From positions 170,226-234,225 of the forward strand of contig CAWJIR010000009.1 in the NCBI GenBank assembly GCA_963843015.1: a stretch of DNA of 64,000 nt, read 5' to 3'. Shown here piece after piece: positions 47,019 through 57,075 of the stretch. Position 1 is the first letter of the stretch; each line of letters starts with the position of its first letter. The notes below the pieces were generated by a model. That model saw only the letters and a list, made by a program, of their open reading frames with translations, was not told the origin of the DNA and made no database searches. Source of the DNA: an uncultured Chloroflexia bacterium (GTDB lineage: Bacteria; Chloroflexota; Limnocylindria; QHBO01). The translations under genes were made by a program, and so were the position numbers.

Positions 47019-47173
47019 GCCGATCGAGCCGGCCATGCGCCGGTTCGGCGGGCGGTGTTGCCGGCGCGCACATGGGCACAAGGTCCGGCGATCGGCCGAA
47101 CCATCGCCCCATGGGAGGAATCACGTTCGCTGCGTAGGGTCAATTCCGTACTTATCTGTTCTCGGAGACCCTG

Positions 47174-49477
47174 TTGCACGAGCGAACGCTGCTCAGTCCT
47201 TGGCGCCTGGCCCTCTTGCTTGCGGTCGCCTTTGCGCTCGCCGTAACCGCGATTCTCGGACCACTCCCGGTTCGTGCTGCGGCGACCCAGAAGGTGGTCG
47301 TCATCGTCGGCCCGGTGGGGGGCGGCTCGATCCAGACCAACTACCTCAACCGCGGCGAGCAGATCGCTGCCTCGGCCGAAGCCCGTGGGGCCACGGTCGT
47401 GCGCGTGTTCTCGCCGAACGCGACCTGGGCGGCGGCCCGTGCGGCGGCCAACGGGGCCAACATCATCGTCTACATCGGGCACGGCAGCGGCTACCCGAAC
47501 CCGTACGCCGCGAACAACCAGCCGGCCTACAACAACGGCTGGGGACTGAACAAGATCGCGGGCGCCGATTCCGCCGACCCGACGGGCCACGGCCACGGCA
47601 TCAACAGCCAGATGGTCTATTGCGGCGAGGCCGCGTTGCAAGGCCAGGCGCTGCCTGCCGGAACCGCCACCGCGGCCTACTGCTCGCCTGGGCCCATCAC
47701 GCCCGCGCCGGGCTTCGTGATGGTGTACTCGAACGCCTGCTACGCGCCGGGCGCCGGCGAGACGGAGGAGAGCACCCCGAGCAGCGAGGGGACGGCCCTC
47801 ACCCGCGTGAACTACTACTCGCGACCGATCCTCGCGCTCGGGGGCTCGTATTTCGCAAGTGACCTGGGCGCGCGTTCGGTGGTGGAGGCAATCCTCGACC
47901 ACCCGACCTCCAGCCTGGGCGACATCTTCGAGATGGGCACCGGCTATAGCCCGACTGCCATCCGCCACTTCCCGCACTGGTTTACCAGCGGCGCGGAGGC
48001 CTGGATCCAGAGGACCGTGGGCGTAGGTGGGCTCATGAGCTACTGGTACGCGTTCGCCGGGAACCCGAACCAGATGCCGCAGGCTGGCCCGCCCAACGCC
48101 GACTTCACCGCCTCGCCAACCGCCGGCCTGCTGCAGCTCACGGTCTCGTTCTTCAACGAGACCGCGACCTATGGTTCAACCACCTACACATGGGATTTTG
48201 ACGCCAACGGCTCGGTCGACTCCACCGCCCAGTCCCCGGTGTGGTCCTACCCCACGGCAGGCACCTACTCGGTGACGATGACGGCGACGAACAGCCTGGG
48301 CACCGATGTCGTGACCCGGACGAACTACATCACCGTTCGAACCCCGGTGCCGGGCACCTATGTCCCGCTCCCGCCCGCCCGCCTGCTCGACACGCGGGCG
48401 GGCAACGGCCTGAGTGGGGCGTTCAGCGCGAACGTGCCGCGGACGTTCCAGGTCGCGGGGCGGGGCGGAGTCCCGGCCAACGCGGTCGCTGTCACGGGCA
48501 ACCTGACGGTCACCAACCAGGGCTCGGCCGGCTACGCGTACCTGGGTCCCGACCCGGTCATCGGTCCGACCAGCTCGACCATCAACTTCCCCGCTGGTGA
48601 CACCCGGGCCAACGGCGTGACCGTGGCACTCGGCCCCGGCGGAACGCTGGCCGCAACGCTCGGTCCGGGAATGGCGGGCGGCGCCGATCTCCTGTTCGAC
48701 GTGACCGGCTACTTCCTGCCCGGCAGCGCGCAGGGGACCTACGTTCCGCTGGCCCCCGCCCGTCTGCTCGATACCCGTGATGGCACCGGCCTGAGCGGGC
48801 CGTTCGCCGCGAACACGCCGCGTGCCTTCCAGGTTGCCGGGCTCGGCGGCGTCCCGGCCGGTGCGGTGGCCGTGACCGGCAACCTGACCGTCACCGGACA
48901 GAGCGGCGGCGGCTATGTCTATCTCGGTCCCGATCAGGTCGCCAACCCCTCCAGCTCGACGCTGAACTTCCCGGCCGGCGACAGCCGTGCCAACGGTGTG
49001 ACTGTTGCGCTCGGGCCAGGGGGAACGCTGGCGGCCACGCTCGGCGTCCCGGGCACGACCCACCTCCTGTTCGACGTGACTGGCTACTTCGTGACCGACG
49101 GATCGGGCGCGACCTACGTCGCCCTCTCACCGTCTCGCCTGCTCGACACCCGGGTGGGCAACGGCCTGAGTGGGCCGTTCAGCGCGAACAACCCGCGGTC
49201 CTACCAGGTCCACGGCCGTGGCGGCGTGCCGGCCACTGCGGTGGCGGTCACCGGCAACCTGACGGTGACCGGCCAGAGCGGCGCGGGCTACACCTACCTT
49301 GGTCCGGATCCGGTCGCCAACCCGACCAGCTCGACCCTGAACTTCCCTGCCGGGGACACGCGGGCCAACGGGGCCACCGTGGCTCTGGGTGCGGGCGGGA
49401 CCCTGGCCGCGACCCTCGCCCTGACCGGAAGCACGCACCTCGTGTACGACGTGACCGGCTACTTCTACATGGACTGA
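47174..49477 (+). CDS. Secreted multidomain protein: putative clan-CD (gingipain/clostripain-like) cysteine peptidase domain + PKD domain + three diverged ~120-aa C-terminal repeats of unassigned type
   Basis: Signal peptide LLSPWRLALLLAVAFALAVTAILGPLPVRAAA (TTG start). N-domain with NIIVYIGHGSGYPNPY ... FVMVYSNACYAPGAG has the His-Gly and Ala-Cys dyad spacing typical of the caspase-fold clan CD. PKD-like segment WDFDANGSVDSTAQSPVWSYPTAGTYSVTMTATNSLGTDVVTRTNYITV. Three repeats each start TYVPL.P.RLLDTR.G.GLSG.F.AN.PR.FQV.G.GGVPA.AVAVTGNLTVT.QSG.GY.YLGPD....P.SST.NFPAGD.RANG.TVALG.GGTLAATL......LLFDVTGYF. Confidence 0.6.
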   Translation: MHERTLLSPWRLALLLAVAFALAVTAILGPLPVRAAATQKVVVIVGPVGGGSIQTNYLNRGEQIAASAEARGATVVRVFSPNATWAAARAAANGANIIVYIGHGSGYPNPYAANNQPAYNNGWGLNKIAGADSADPTGHGHGINSQMVYCGEAALQGQALPAGTATAAYCSPGPITPAPGFVMVYSNACYAPGAGETEESTPSSEGTALTRVNYYSRPILALGGSYFASDLGARSVVEAILDHPTSSLGDIFEMGTGYSPTAIRHFPHWFTSGAEAWIQRTVGVGGLMSYWYAFAGNPNQMPQAGPPNADFTASPTAGLLQLTVSFFNETATYGSTTYTWDFDANGSVDSTAQSPVWSYPTAGTYSVTMTATNSLGTDVVTRTNYITVRTPVPGTYVPLPPARLLDTRAGNGLSGAFSANVPRTFQVAGRGGVPANAVAVTGNLTVTNQGSAGYAYLGPDPVIGPTSSTINFPAGDTRANGVTVALGPGGTLAATLGPGMAGGADLLFDVTGYFLPGSAQGTYVPLAPARLLDTRDGTGLSGPFAANTPRAFQVAGLGGVPAGAVAVTGNLTVTGQSGGGYVYLGPDQVANPSSSTLNFPAGDSRANGVTVALGPGGTLAATLGVPGTTHLLFDVTGYFVTDGSGATYVALSPSRLLDTRVGNGLSGPFSANNPRSYQVHGRGGVPATAVAVTGNLTVTGQSGAGYTYLGPDPVANPTSSTLNFPAGDTRANGATVALGAGGTLAATLALTGSTHLVYDVTGYFYMD

Positions 49478-49605
49478 CGCTCTGGGGGTGGTCCGCGGCC
49501 AATTAGTACCATGGGTCCGGGCCGCGGTGGTCGGTAGGGTGTGGCCTGCTGGAGTCTAGGGCGGTTGGCGCGTCCCGGACCCGCAGACTCGAGGCCATCG
49601 CCCGC

Positions 49606-52600
49606 GTGAACCGCTTCAGGCTCCCCGCTCACTTCGCCCTCGCCGTTGTTCTGCTCATCGGTGCGCCGTCGAGCCTGTCACCGGCACTCGCGACCGAACC
49701 GACGACCGCCCGACCCGGCGCGTCTGGGACCGACTGGTCCATTCCGCCGGCTCTCCCCGACGGACCAATCACGCTGCCGAGCGGCGAGGTCCTGCCGCCG
49801 ATGCCCGATGAGTTCGAGGTCCCGGGCATCCAGGCCGAGATGCTCGCCCAGCATGCGGACGACGCGCCGACACTCGCAGCGGGCGCCCAACCCGGCGCGG
49901 CTGGCACCGGGTCTCCGAGCGTTCCCCCCGGCAACTCGACGGTCGCCAACCCAGAGCAGTTACTGGCGGCTCCAAGCGGCGGGTTCGCCGCATTGCCGAA
50001 CGGCCTGCGCAAGGAAGTGTTCGGGTTCCTGCCGTACTGGATGCTGGCCGATTCCAAGCTCCAGTGGATGCGCTACGACCTGGTGTCGACGATCGCGTAC
50101 TTCGGCGTGGCGGCCGGCAGCGATGGAACGCCTGGCGACGGCTTCGACGGGCTGGAACGGCTGGACATCGTCGGCCATGACCGGGGTCATCAACGCGGCC
50201 CATGCTCACGGCGTCCGGGTGGTGCTGACCGTGACGATGATGGCCTGGGATGGTGGCGCCGCCCAGGCCGCCCTCCTCGCCGACGCGGCTGCACGGGCTC
50301 GACTCGTCAACGCCATCGTGGCGGCCGTCCGGGATCGGAGCGCGGACGGGGTGAACCTCGACTTCGAGCCGGTCTACGTGCCGCAGCGGGACCAGTACAC
50401 GTCTTTCGTCCGGCAGCTCAAGGCGGCGCTCGTCGCGGCCGGCGTGGGGTCGTACCTGACGGTTTGCACGACCGGCGGAGCTGCGAGCTGGGCGACCGGC
50501 TATGACCTCGCGGGGCTCGTGGCCCCCGGCGCCGCCGACAGCATCTTCGTGATGGGCTACGACTACAGCTGGTCGGGCTCTGCGCGGGCGGGTGGCGTGG
50601 CGCCGATGGAGTCGCCGTACATGCTCGACGTCAGCCAGTCGGTCGATGACTACCTGCGCCGCGTGCCCGCCATCCAAGCTCATCTGGGGCGTTCCCTACT
50701 ACGGCCGAGCCTGGCGAACGACCTCCGACGCGCTGAACGCCGCGACCGTACCCGGCGCATCCGCGTCATCGGTGGCCTACTACTACGTCGGCAACCAGGT
50801 CCTGCCAGGCCCAGCATGGGCGCCGATGGGACGCGGTCGGCCAGGTGCCCTGGTTCGCGTACTACGACAGCGTTGCCGGATCGTGGGTCGAGGGCTACTA
50901 CGACGACGTCCAGTCCCTGGCGGTGAAATGGGACATGGTCAACCAGCGTGGCCTGGCGGGCACGGGGATCTGGGCCCTGCTCATGGACGAGGGCAGCAGC
51001 GACCTGTGGAACCTGCTCGCCACGAAGTTCGTCTCGGATGTCGCGCCGCCGACCGGCGGCATCGTGCCGCTGCCGGCGGGAACGGACGCCTCCGGCGTCG
51101 GCGTGTCCTGGCGCCACCTCGACATCGGCTCTGGGGTCGGTTCGTACACGGTGCAGGTTCGCGATCGCGCGGGCGGCGAATGGACGTCCTGGCAGACCGA
51201 TGTCAGCTGGACGTCGGCCCACTTCGTGGGGACCGAAGGCCATTCCTACGAGTTTCGGGTCTCGGCCGTGGATATGGTCGGCAACCGCCAGCCGTGGACG
51301 CCAGCGGCGCTCGACGTCAGCTCGAGCCTCCAGGTCGGCGGGTTCGCGGGGGTGAACGTCGGGGTCCTGAACGTCCGGTCCGGGACGGGCACGGGATTCG
51401 CCGTGCTCGACCAGCTGGCGGCGGGTGACCGGCTCGCGATTCTCGGCGGCCCGGTGCTGGCCGGCGGACTGCAGTGGTACTGGGTCCAGTTCGACTGGAC
51501 CGAATGGCCATCGTCGTCGTTCCCGCGGTATGGCTGGGCAGCCGCCGGCGACGCGAGTGGTCCCTTCCTCGTGCCGGCGCCGGCCCCGACGGTCACCACG
51601 ATCAGCCCAGCCATCTCCGGGTACGCCGTGAGTCCGCGGCGCATCTCGCCAAACGGGGACGGGACCGCCGAGAGCACCGCGGTCACCTTCTCGCTGGCCG
51701 CCGCGGCCAGCGATGCCCGCCTCGACGTGATCAATGGCGGCGGCACGGTGGTCGCGAGCCAGGCCCTCGGTCCCCTCGCACCCGGCACGCAAGCCGTTTC
51801 CTGGGATGGCCGCGCGGCCGGTGCCCCGGTCGCCGACGGTGTGTACCTGCTCCGCCTCACGGTGGTCGACGGTGCCGGGTCCCACGTCGCGCCGGTGGCG
51901 GGGGTCGACTGGAGCGCGCTGTCGACGTGGGGCGTCGTCGCGAGCGTGACGCCGCCGGGCGCGACCTACATCCCGCTCGCCCCCTCTCGCCTCCTCGACA
52001 CCCGGGTCGGCAACGGCCTGGCCGGGACGTTCGCGGCGGGCACCCCGCGCACGTTCCAGGTCGCCGGCCGGGGCGGGGTCCCGGCCAACGCGGTGGGCGT
52101 GACCGGCACCCTGACCGCCACCGGCTCGAGCGGCCCCGGCTTCGTGTTCCTCGGTCCCGATCCGACGGCCACCCCGACGAGCTCGACCTTGAACGTGCCG
52201 GCGGGGGACACCCGGGCGGGCGGGGTGACGGTGGCCCTCGGCCCGGGCGGGACCCTGAGCGCGACCTTCGGCTACACCGGGACGACCCACCTCCTGTTCG
52301 ACGTGACCGGCTACTTCGTGCCCGATGCCAGCGGCGCGACCTACATCCCGCTCGCCCCCTCTCGCCTCCTCGACACCCGGGTCGGCAACGGCCTGTCCGG
52401 GACGTTCGCGGCGGGCACCCCGCGCACGTTCCAGGTCGCCGGCCGGGGCGGGGTCCCGGCCAACGCGGTGGGCGTGACCGGCACCCTGACCGCCACCGGC
52501 TCGAGCGGCCCCGGCTTCGTGTTCCTCGGTCCCGATCCGACGGCCACCCCGACGAGCTCGACCTTGAACGTGCCGGCGGGGGACACCCGGGCGGGCGGGG

Positions 52601-53076
52601 TGACGGTGGCCCTCGGCCCGGGCGGGACCTTGAGCGCGACCTTCGGCTACACCGGGACGACCCACCTCCTGTTCGACGTGACCGGCTACTTCGTGCCCGA
52701 TGCCAGCGGCGCGACCTACATCCCGCTCGCCCCCTCTCGCCTCCTCGACACCCGGGTCGGCAACGGCCTGTCCGGGACGTTCGCGGCGGGCACCCCGCGC
52801 ACGTTCCAGGTCGCCGGCCGGGGCGGGGTCCCGGCCAACGCGGTGGGCGTGACCGGCACCCTGACCGCCACCGGCTCGAGCGGCCCCGGCTTCGTGTTCC
52901 TCGGTCCCGATCCGACGGCCACCCCGACGAGCTCGACCTTGAACGTGCCGGCGGGGGACACCCGGGCGGGCGGGGTGACGGTGGCCCTCGGCCCGGGCGG
53001 GACCCTGAGCGCGACCTTCGGCTACACCGGGACGACCCACCTCCTGTTCGACGTGACCGGCTACTTCGTGCCCTGA
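49606..53076 (+). CDS. Secreted multidomain protein: GH18-like domain + Fn3-like + SH3b-like + FlgD-Ig-like domains + three near-identical 125-aa C-terminal repeats of the same type as in the preceding gene (GH18 part frameshifted)
   Basis: Signal peptide MNRFRLPAHFALAVVLLIGAPSSLSPALA. GH18-like segment ...EVFGFLPYWMLAD...YDLVSTIAYFG... ...VNAAHAHGVRVVLTV...ADGVNLDFEPV (D-x-x-N-x-D-x-E variant of the GH18 catalytic motif) ...IFVMGYDYSW...YYGRAW... ...GIWALLMDEGS. Then VSWRHLDIGSGVGSYTVQVRD...EWTSWQTDVSWTSAHFVGTEGHSYEFRVSAVDMVGNRQ (Fn3-like); NVRSGTGTGFAVLDQLAAGDRLAILGG.VLAGGLQWYWVQ (SH3b-like); ISPNGDGTAESTAVTFSLAAAASDARLDVINGGGTVV...VYLLRLTVVDGAGS (FlgD-Ig-like); then 3 x ([124 protein letters not shown]). 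Confidence 0.6.
51961..53073 (+). repeat. Three head-to-tail copies of a 375-bp coding unit (A 51961-52335, B 52336-52710, C 52711-53073), essentially identical at the DNA level
   Basis: Exact 375-nt periodicity is visible, e.g. gcgacctacatcccgctcgccccctctcgcctcctcgacacccgggtcggcaacggcctg recurs at 51961, 52336 and 52711. I found only two single-base differences among copies (gcc vs tcc in ggcctgGccggg of copy A; ctg vs ttg in gggaccCtgagc of copy B). The identical 81-aa antisense ORFs at 51966, 52341 and 52716 are a by-product of this repeat. Confidence 0.9.
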
Positions 53077-53972
53077 CCACCCTCCAGGACACGACTCCAG
53101 AGCTCCCACATCGCGTCGCGGTAGCGCTGGACGCTGAACCGCGCCGCCGTAGCCGCGACCAGCGCAGGATCGTAGTCGGGCACCACCGCGAGCGCTGCCT
53201 CGTAGGCGCCATCGGTGACGAGGGACCCATTCACCCCATCGGTCACGATTTCCCGCAGCCCTCCGACCGCGGCGGCGACCACCCAGCGCCCTGACGCGAT
53301 CGCCTCCGCGGCGACGAGGCCGTAGGGCTCGACCCTCGACGGAACGAGCACGACGTCGTGGCTCTCCATCAGGGCCGGCACCTCGGCGGGGTCGACCTCC
53401 CGCAGTCCTGGCCCGACGAGCGTATCCGCCAGTCTGGCTGCCACGTCCACCCCTTTCTCCGCCACGTCCCCTCCGAGGTAGAGGACGCGGCGAGGGGACG
53501 GCCGCGGCGTGGGGCGAAAGCGCGCGAGGTCGATACCGGGCGGAATGACTTCCGCCCGACGCCCGAGGCGCTCGACGAGCGCAGCGGTCTCGGGCGAATT
53601 CGCGACCACGGCTGCAGCCGACCGGATCACGGTGCGCGCCAGCCATCGATGGACCGCGGAACGCTGGGCCGCGCTGCGAACGTCCGCGCCATGGGCGTAG
53701 ACGACCAGCGGCAGGCCGCGCAGGCGCGCGGCCAGCAGGGCTGGTGGCCCGCTGGCGAGGACGAAGTGCGCTTCCACACCGTCGAAACGGCCACGGGCGG
53801 TCATCGCCTCCCAGGCCAGCCGCGCGAACCGTCCCCAACGCGAGCCATCGTACCGATGCGGCGCCACGACGGTAGCCCGCAGCCTGGGATCGGCGAGCCG
53901 ATCTCGGACGAATACACCTGCGGCCGGCCGGTCAGCGGTCGGGTAGCGGGTCGTCACCACCAGCAGGCGCAT
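53061..53972 (-). CDS. Glycosyltransferase family 4 (GT-B, GT1-like)
   Basis: [29 protein letters not shown]... ...[15 protein letters not shown]...[48 protein letters not shown] carries the EX7E-type motif. Its stop is convergent with, and overlaps, the end of the 49606 gene. Confidence 0.7.
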   Translation of the reverse strand: MRLLVVTTRYPTADRPAAGVFVRDRLADPRLRATVVAPHRYDGSRWGRFARLAWEAMTARGRFDGVEAHFVLASGPPALLAARLRGLPLVVYAHGADVRSAAQRSAVHRWLARTVIRSAAAVVANSPETAALVERLGRRAEVIPPGIDLARFRPTPRPSPRRVLYLGGDVAEKGVDVAARLADTLVGPGLREVDPAEVPALMESHDVVLVPSRVEPYGLVAAEAIASGRWVVAAAVGGLREIVTDGVNGSLVTDGAYEAALAVVPDYDPALVAATAARFSVQRYRDAMWELWSRVLEGGQGTK

Positions 53973-54007
53973 GGAGCCCGACGGTAGCACGGGTAGAATC
54001 GCGGGCA

Positions 54008-54742
54008 ATGTCGACGATCGCCCCGCCGCGCCGTGCCGACGGACGCCTGCCGAACCAGCTGCGCCCGGTGAAGATCGTGCCCGACTACCTGAAGTTCGCC
54101 GAGGGCTCGGCCCTGATTCGGGTGGGCGATACGCGCGTCCTGTGTGCGGCCACACTCGAGGATCGCGTCCCGCCCTTCCTGCGGGGGAAGGGCACCGGCT
54201 GGGTGACCGCCGAGTACAGCATGCTGCCGCGCGCCGGCACCGAGCGGTCGCAGCGTGAGGCGAGCAAAGGCCGGATCGGCGGCCGGACCCACGAGATCCA
54301 GCGCCTGATCGGACGCTCCCTGCGTTCGGTGGTGGACATGGCCGGCCTCGGCGAACGGAGCCTGACCCTCGACTGCGACGTCATCCAGGCCGATGGCGGG
54401 ACCCGCACCGCGTCCATCACCGGCGCCTACGTGGCCCTCGCCCGCGCCCTCCACAAGTACGGCATGGAGCGGCTGCTGACCGGCCAGGTGGCGGCCGTCA
54501 GCGTCGGGATGTCGGCGAGCGGCCTCCTCCTCGACCTCGACTACGCCGAGGACTCGACCGCGGGGGTGGACTTCAACGTCGTGATGCTCGACGACGGGCG
54601 GTTCGTCGAGATCCAGGGCACCGCGGAGCACATCCCGTTCAGCTCGGACCAGATGACCGAGATGGTCTCCCTCGCCTCCGCCGGCATCCGGCAGCTGTAC
54701 GAGCTCCAGCGCGAGGCGATTGCGGCTCCCGCCGCCGAGTGA
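54008..54742 (+). CDS. rph: Ribonuclease PH
   Basis: ...[101 protein letters not shown]...[27 protein letters not shown] is intact. Confidence 0.9.
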   Translation: MSTIAPPRRADGRLPNQLRPVKIVPDYLKFAEGSALIRVGDTRVLCAATLEDRVPPFLRGKGTGWVTAEYSMLPRAGTERSQREASKGRIGGRTHEIQRLIGRSLRSVVDMAGLGERSLTLDCDVIQADGGTRTASITGAYVALARALHKYGMERLLTGQVAAVSVGMSASGLLLDLDYAEDSTAGVDFNVVMLDDGRFVEIQGTAEHIPFSSDQMTEMVSLASAGIRQLYELQREAIAAPAAE

Positions 54743-55375
54743 GCCGCCTCCTGGTCGCCACCCACAACCCGGGCAAGCTGGCCGAGTTCCAGCGGCTGCT
54801 CAGCGGGCTCGGTGCCGAGGTCGTCAGCGCCGCGGACCTGGGCCTCGACCTCGACGTTCCCGAGCCCCATGACACGTACGCCGAGAACGCCGCCGACAAG
54901 GCGATCGCCTTCTGCCGCGCATCGGGCGAGATCACCCTGGCCGACGACTCGGGCATCGAGGTCGCGGCCCTGGACTGGGGCCCTGGCGTCCGGTCGGCGC
55001 GGTTCGCGGGACCGGATCGGATCACCGGGGCGGACCTGCTCCTCAAACGGCTGGCCGGCGTCGAGCGACCGACGGGCCCGGATGGTCTGCTGGCTTGCGC
55101 TGGCCCAGCCGTCCGACGAGCGGGCCGGCGAACCGACGGTCGAGCTCTTCGCCGGCATGGTCGAGGGCCGCTGTCGCGGATCAGCGGCGGGGGAGCGGCG
55201 GCTTCGGCTACGACCCGGTCTTCGAGCTCCCGGACGGCCGGACCACCGCCGAGCTCGACGACGACGGCAAGGATCTGGTCTCGCACCGGGGACTGGCGGT
55301 CGCGGCGGCCATGCCACGCCTCCGAGAGTTGGTCGCGCGCCACGCTAGAATGCCCGCCATAGCGGAGGACGCATG
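54739..55375 (+). CDS. rdgB: dITP/XTP pyrophosphatase (Ham1 family), frameshifted
   Basis: [91 protein letters not shown]... then ...[10 protein letters not shown].. and ...[39 protein letters not shown] in other frames. Its start overlaps the rph stop. Confidence 0.8.
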
Positions 55376-55977
55376 AACGAGGCCTCGCCCGTGCGCGTCC
55401 ACCCCACCGCCGATGTCTCCGCCGAGGCGAGCATCGGCGCCGGCACCAGCATCTGGAACCAGGCCCAGGTCCGCGAGCGTGCCCGGATCGGGGTGGGCTG
55501 CGTGATCGGCAAGAACGTGTACGTGGACTTCGACGTCGTGGTCGGCGACCGGGTCAAGATCCAGAACAATGCGTCGCTCTACCACGGCGTCACCGTCGAG
55601 GACGGCGTGTTCATCGGTCCGCATGTGTGCTTCACGAACGACCGCCTGCCGCGGGCGGTGAACCCCGATGGATCGGCCAAGACCGACGACGACTGGGAAG
55701 TCGGCCCCATCCGCGTCCGCACCGGTGCGGCCGTGGGGGCCTCGACGCGTCGTCGTTCCGGGCGTGACGATCGGCCGATGGGCGCTGGTGGGTGCCGGCA
55801 GCGTGGTGACCGCCGACGTCGCCGACTACGCGCTCGTGGTCGGCAACCCCGCGCGCCGGATCGGCAGCGCCTGCCCGTGCGGCGAGCCGCTCCGCGACGG
55901 GCCGGACGGGACCGCGTTCCGCGGCGCGTGCCCCAGCTGCGGCCGCCCCTTCCCGCCGCCGGAGGATGCGCTGTGAA
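55373..55977 (+). CDS. Left-handed beta-helix (hexapeptide) sugar N-acetyltransferase, WbpD-like; one frameshift
   Basis: VHPTADVSAEASIGAGTSIWNQAQVRERARIGVGCVIGKNVYVDFDVVVGDRVKIQNNASLYHGVTVEDGVFIGPHVCFTND shows hexapeptide repeats. The C-terminus ...VVPGVTIGRWALVGAGSVVTADVADYALVVGNPARRIG... follows. Confidence 0.65.
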
Positions 55978-57075
55978 GGTCGCTCTCCGTGGTTGGCGCC
56001 CGGCCGCAGTTCGTGAAGGCCGCTCCGGTCAGCCGCCAGCTGCGCACCCGCCATCGCGAAATCCTGGTGCATACCGGGCAGCACTACGACGACGCGATGA
56101 GTGACGTCTTCTTCCGAGACCTCGGCCTGCCGCCGCCCGACCGCGATCTCGGGGTCGGCAGCGGGTCGCACGCGACCCAGACGGCCGAGATGCTGCGTCG
56201 GCTCGAGCCGGTGCTGGTCGATGAGCGTCCTGACGTCGTCCTGCTCTACGGCGACACGAACTCGACCCTGGCCGGCGCCCTGGCGGCCGCCAAGCTCAGC
56301 GACCTGGCCGAGCAACGACCCCTGCTCGCCCACGTAGAGGCCGGTCTCCGCTCATTCAACCCATCCATGCCCGAGGAACGGAACCGGATCGTGGCTGACC
56401 ACCTCTCCGACCTCCTCCTGGCGCCGACCCCGCCAGCCATGGCGAACCTGGCCCGCGAGGGCCTGGCCGATCGGGCCACGCTGGTCGGAGACGTGATGGT
56501 CGACGCGATGGACGCCGCCGTCGAACGGGCGCCCGGCGCGCTGCCACCGGAAGCGCAGGATGCCCCGGGATACGTGCTCCTGACCCTGCATCGGCCGTCG
56601 AACGTCGACGATCCGGTGCGGCTCGGCGCCTGGCTCGCCGCCGCGGCACCAGCCGGACCGGTCGTCTTCCCGGTCCATCCCCGGACGCGCGCGGTGCTCG
56701 ACCGGGCTGGGGTGGCGGTCCCGAGCGGCGGTGACGCTCATGGAGCCGGTCGGCTACCTCACCATGATTGCCCTCGAGCGTGGCGCTCGGGTGATCGCCA
56801 CCGACTCGGGAGGCGTTCAGAAGGAGGCCTACCTGGCCGGCGTTCCCTGCGTGACCCTGCGAAGCGAGACCGAATGGGTCGAGACCATCGAGGCCGGGTG
56901 GAACCGCCTGGCCCCCAACCCCTCGGACCTCGGTCCGGCCCTGGTCGAGGCCGCCGCCACGCCGTCTTCGTTGCCGCGTCCCGCTCTGTATGGGGATGGA
57001 CATGCGGCCGGGCGGATCGTGGATTCCCTCGAGCGGCTGGCGGCTCACCGCGAAGCGGCACCGGTGGCCTCGTGA
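55974..57075 (+). CDS. UDP-N-acetylglucosamine(-uronate) 2-epimerase, non-hydrolysing (WecB/WbpI-like); one frameshift
   Basis: ...[68 protein letters not shown]...[23 protein letters not shown]...[35 protein letters not shown]...[61 protein letters not shown]. Confidence 0.8.

Noticed and set aside
48352-49477. N-glycosylation sequons (N-L-T in GNLTVT) recurring in each repeat of the first surface protein as evidence for protein glycosylation by the adjacent sugar cluster
   Set aside because: The equivalent position in the second protein's repeats is GTLTAT, with no Asn. The motif is therefore not conserved and reading it as a sequon is over-interpretation. The glycan-cluster link is better treated as a wall-polymer hypothesis.
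51966-52961. Three identical 81-aa minus-strand ORFs (51966, 52341, 52716)
   Set aside because: They are antisense reading frames of the 375-bp coding tandem repeat. Their identity simply mirrors the repeat and they are not genes.
51961-53073. Possible CRISPR array or diversity-generating retroelement, because of regular repeats
   Set aside because: The units are 375 bp, directly abutting with no spacers, and lie in-frame inside a protein-coding gene. There are no cas genes, no reverse transcriptase and no adenine-specific template/variable-repeat pattern.
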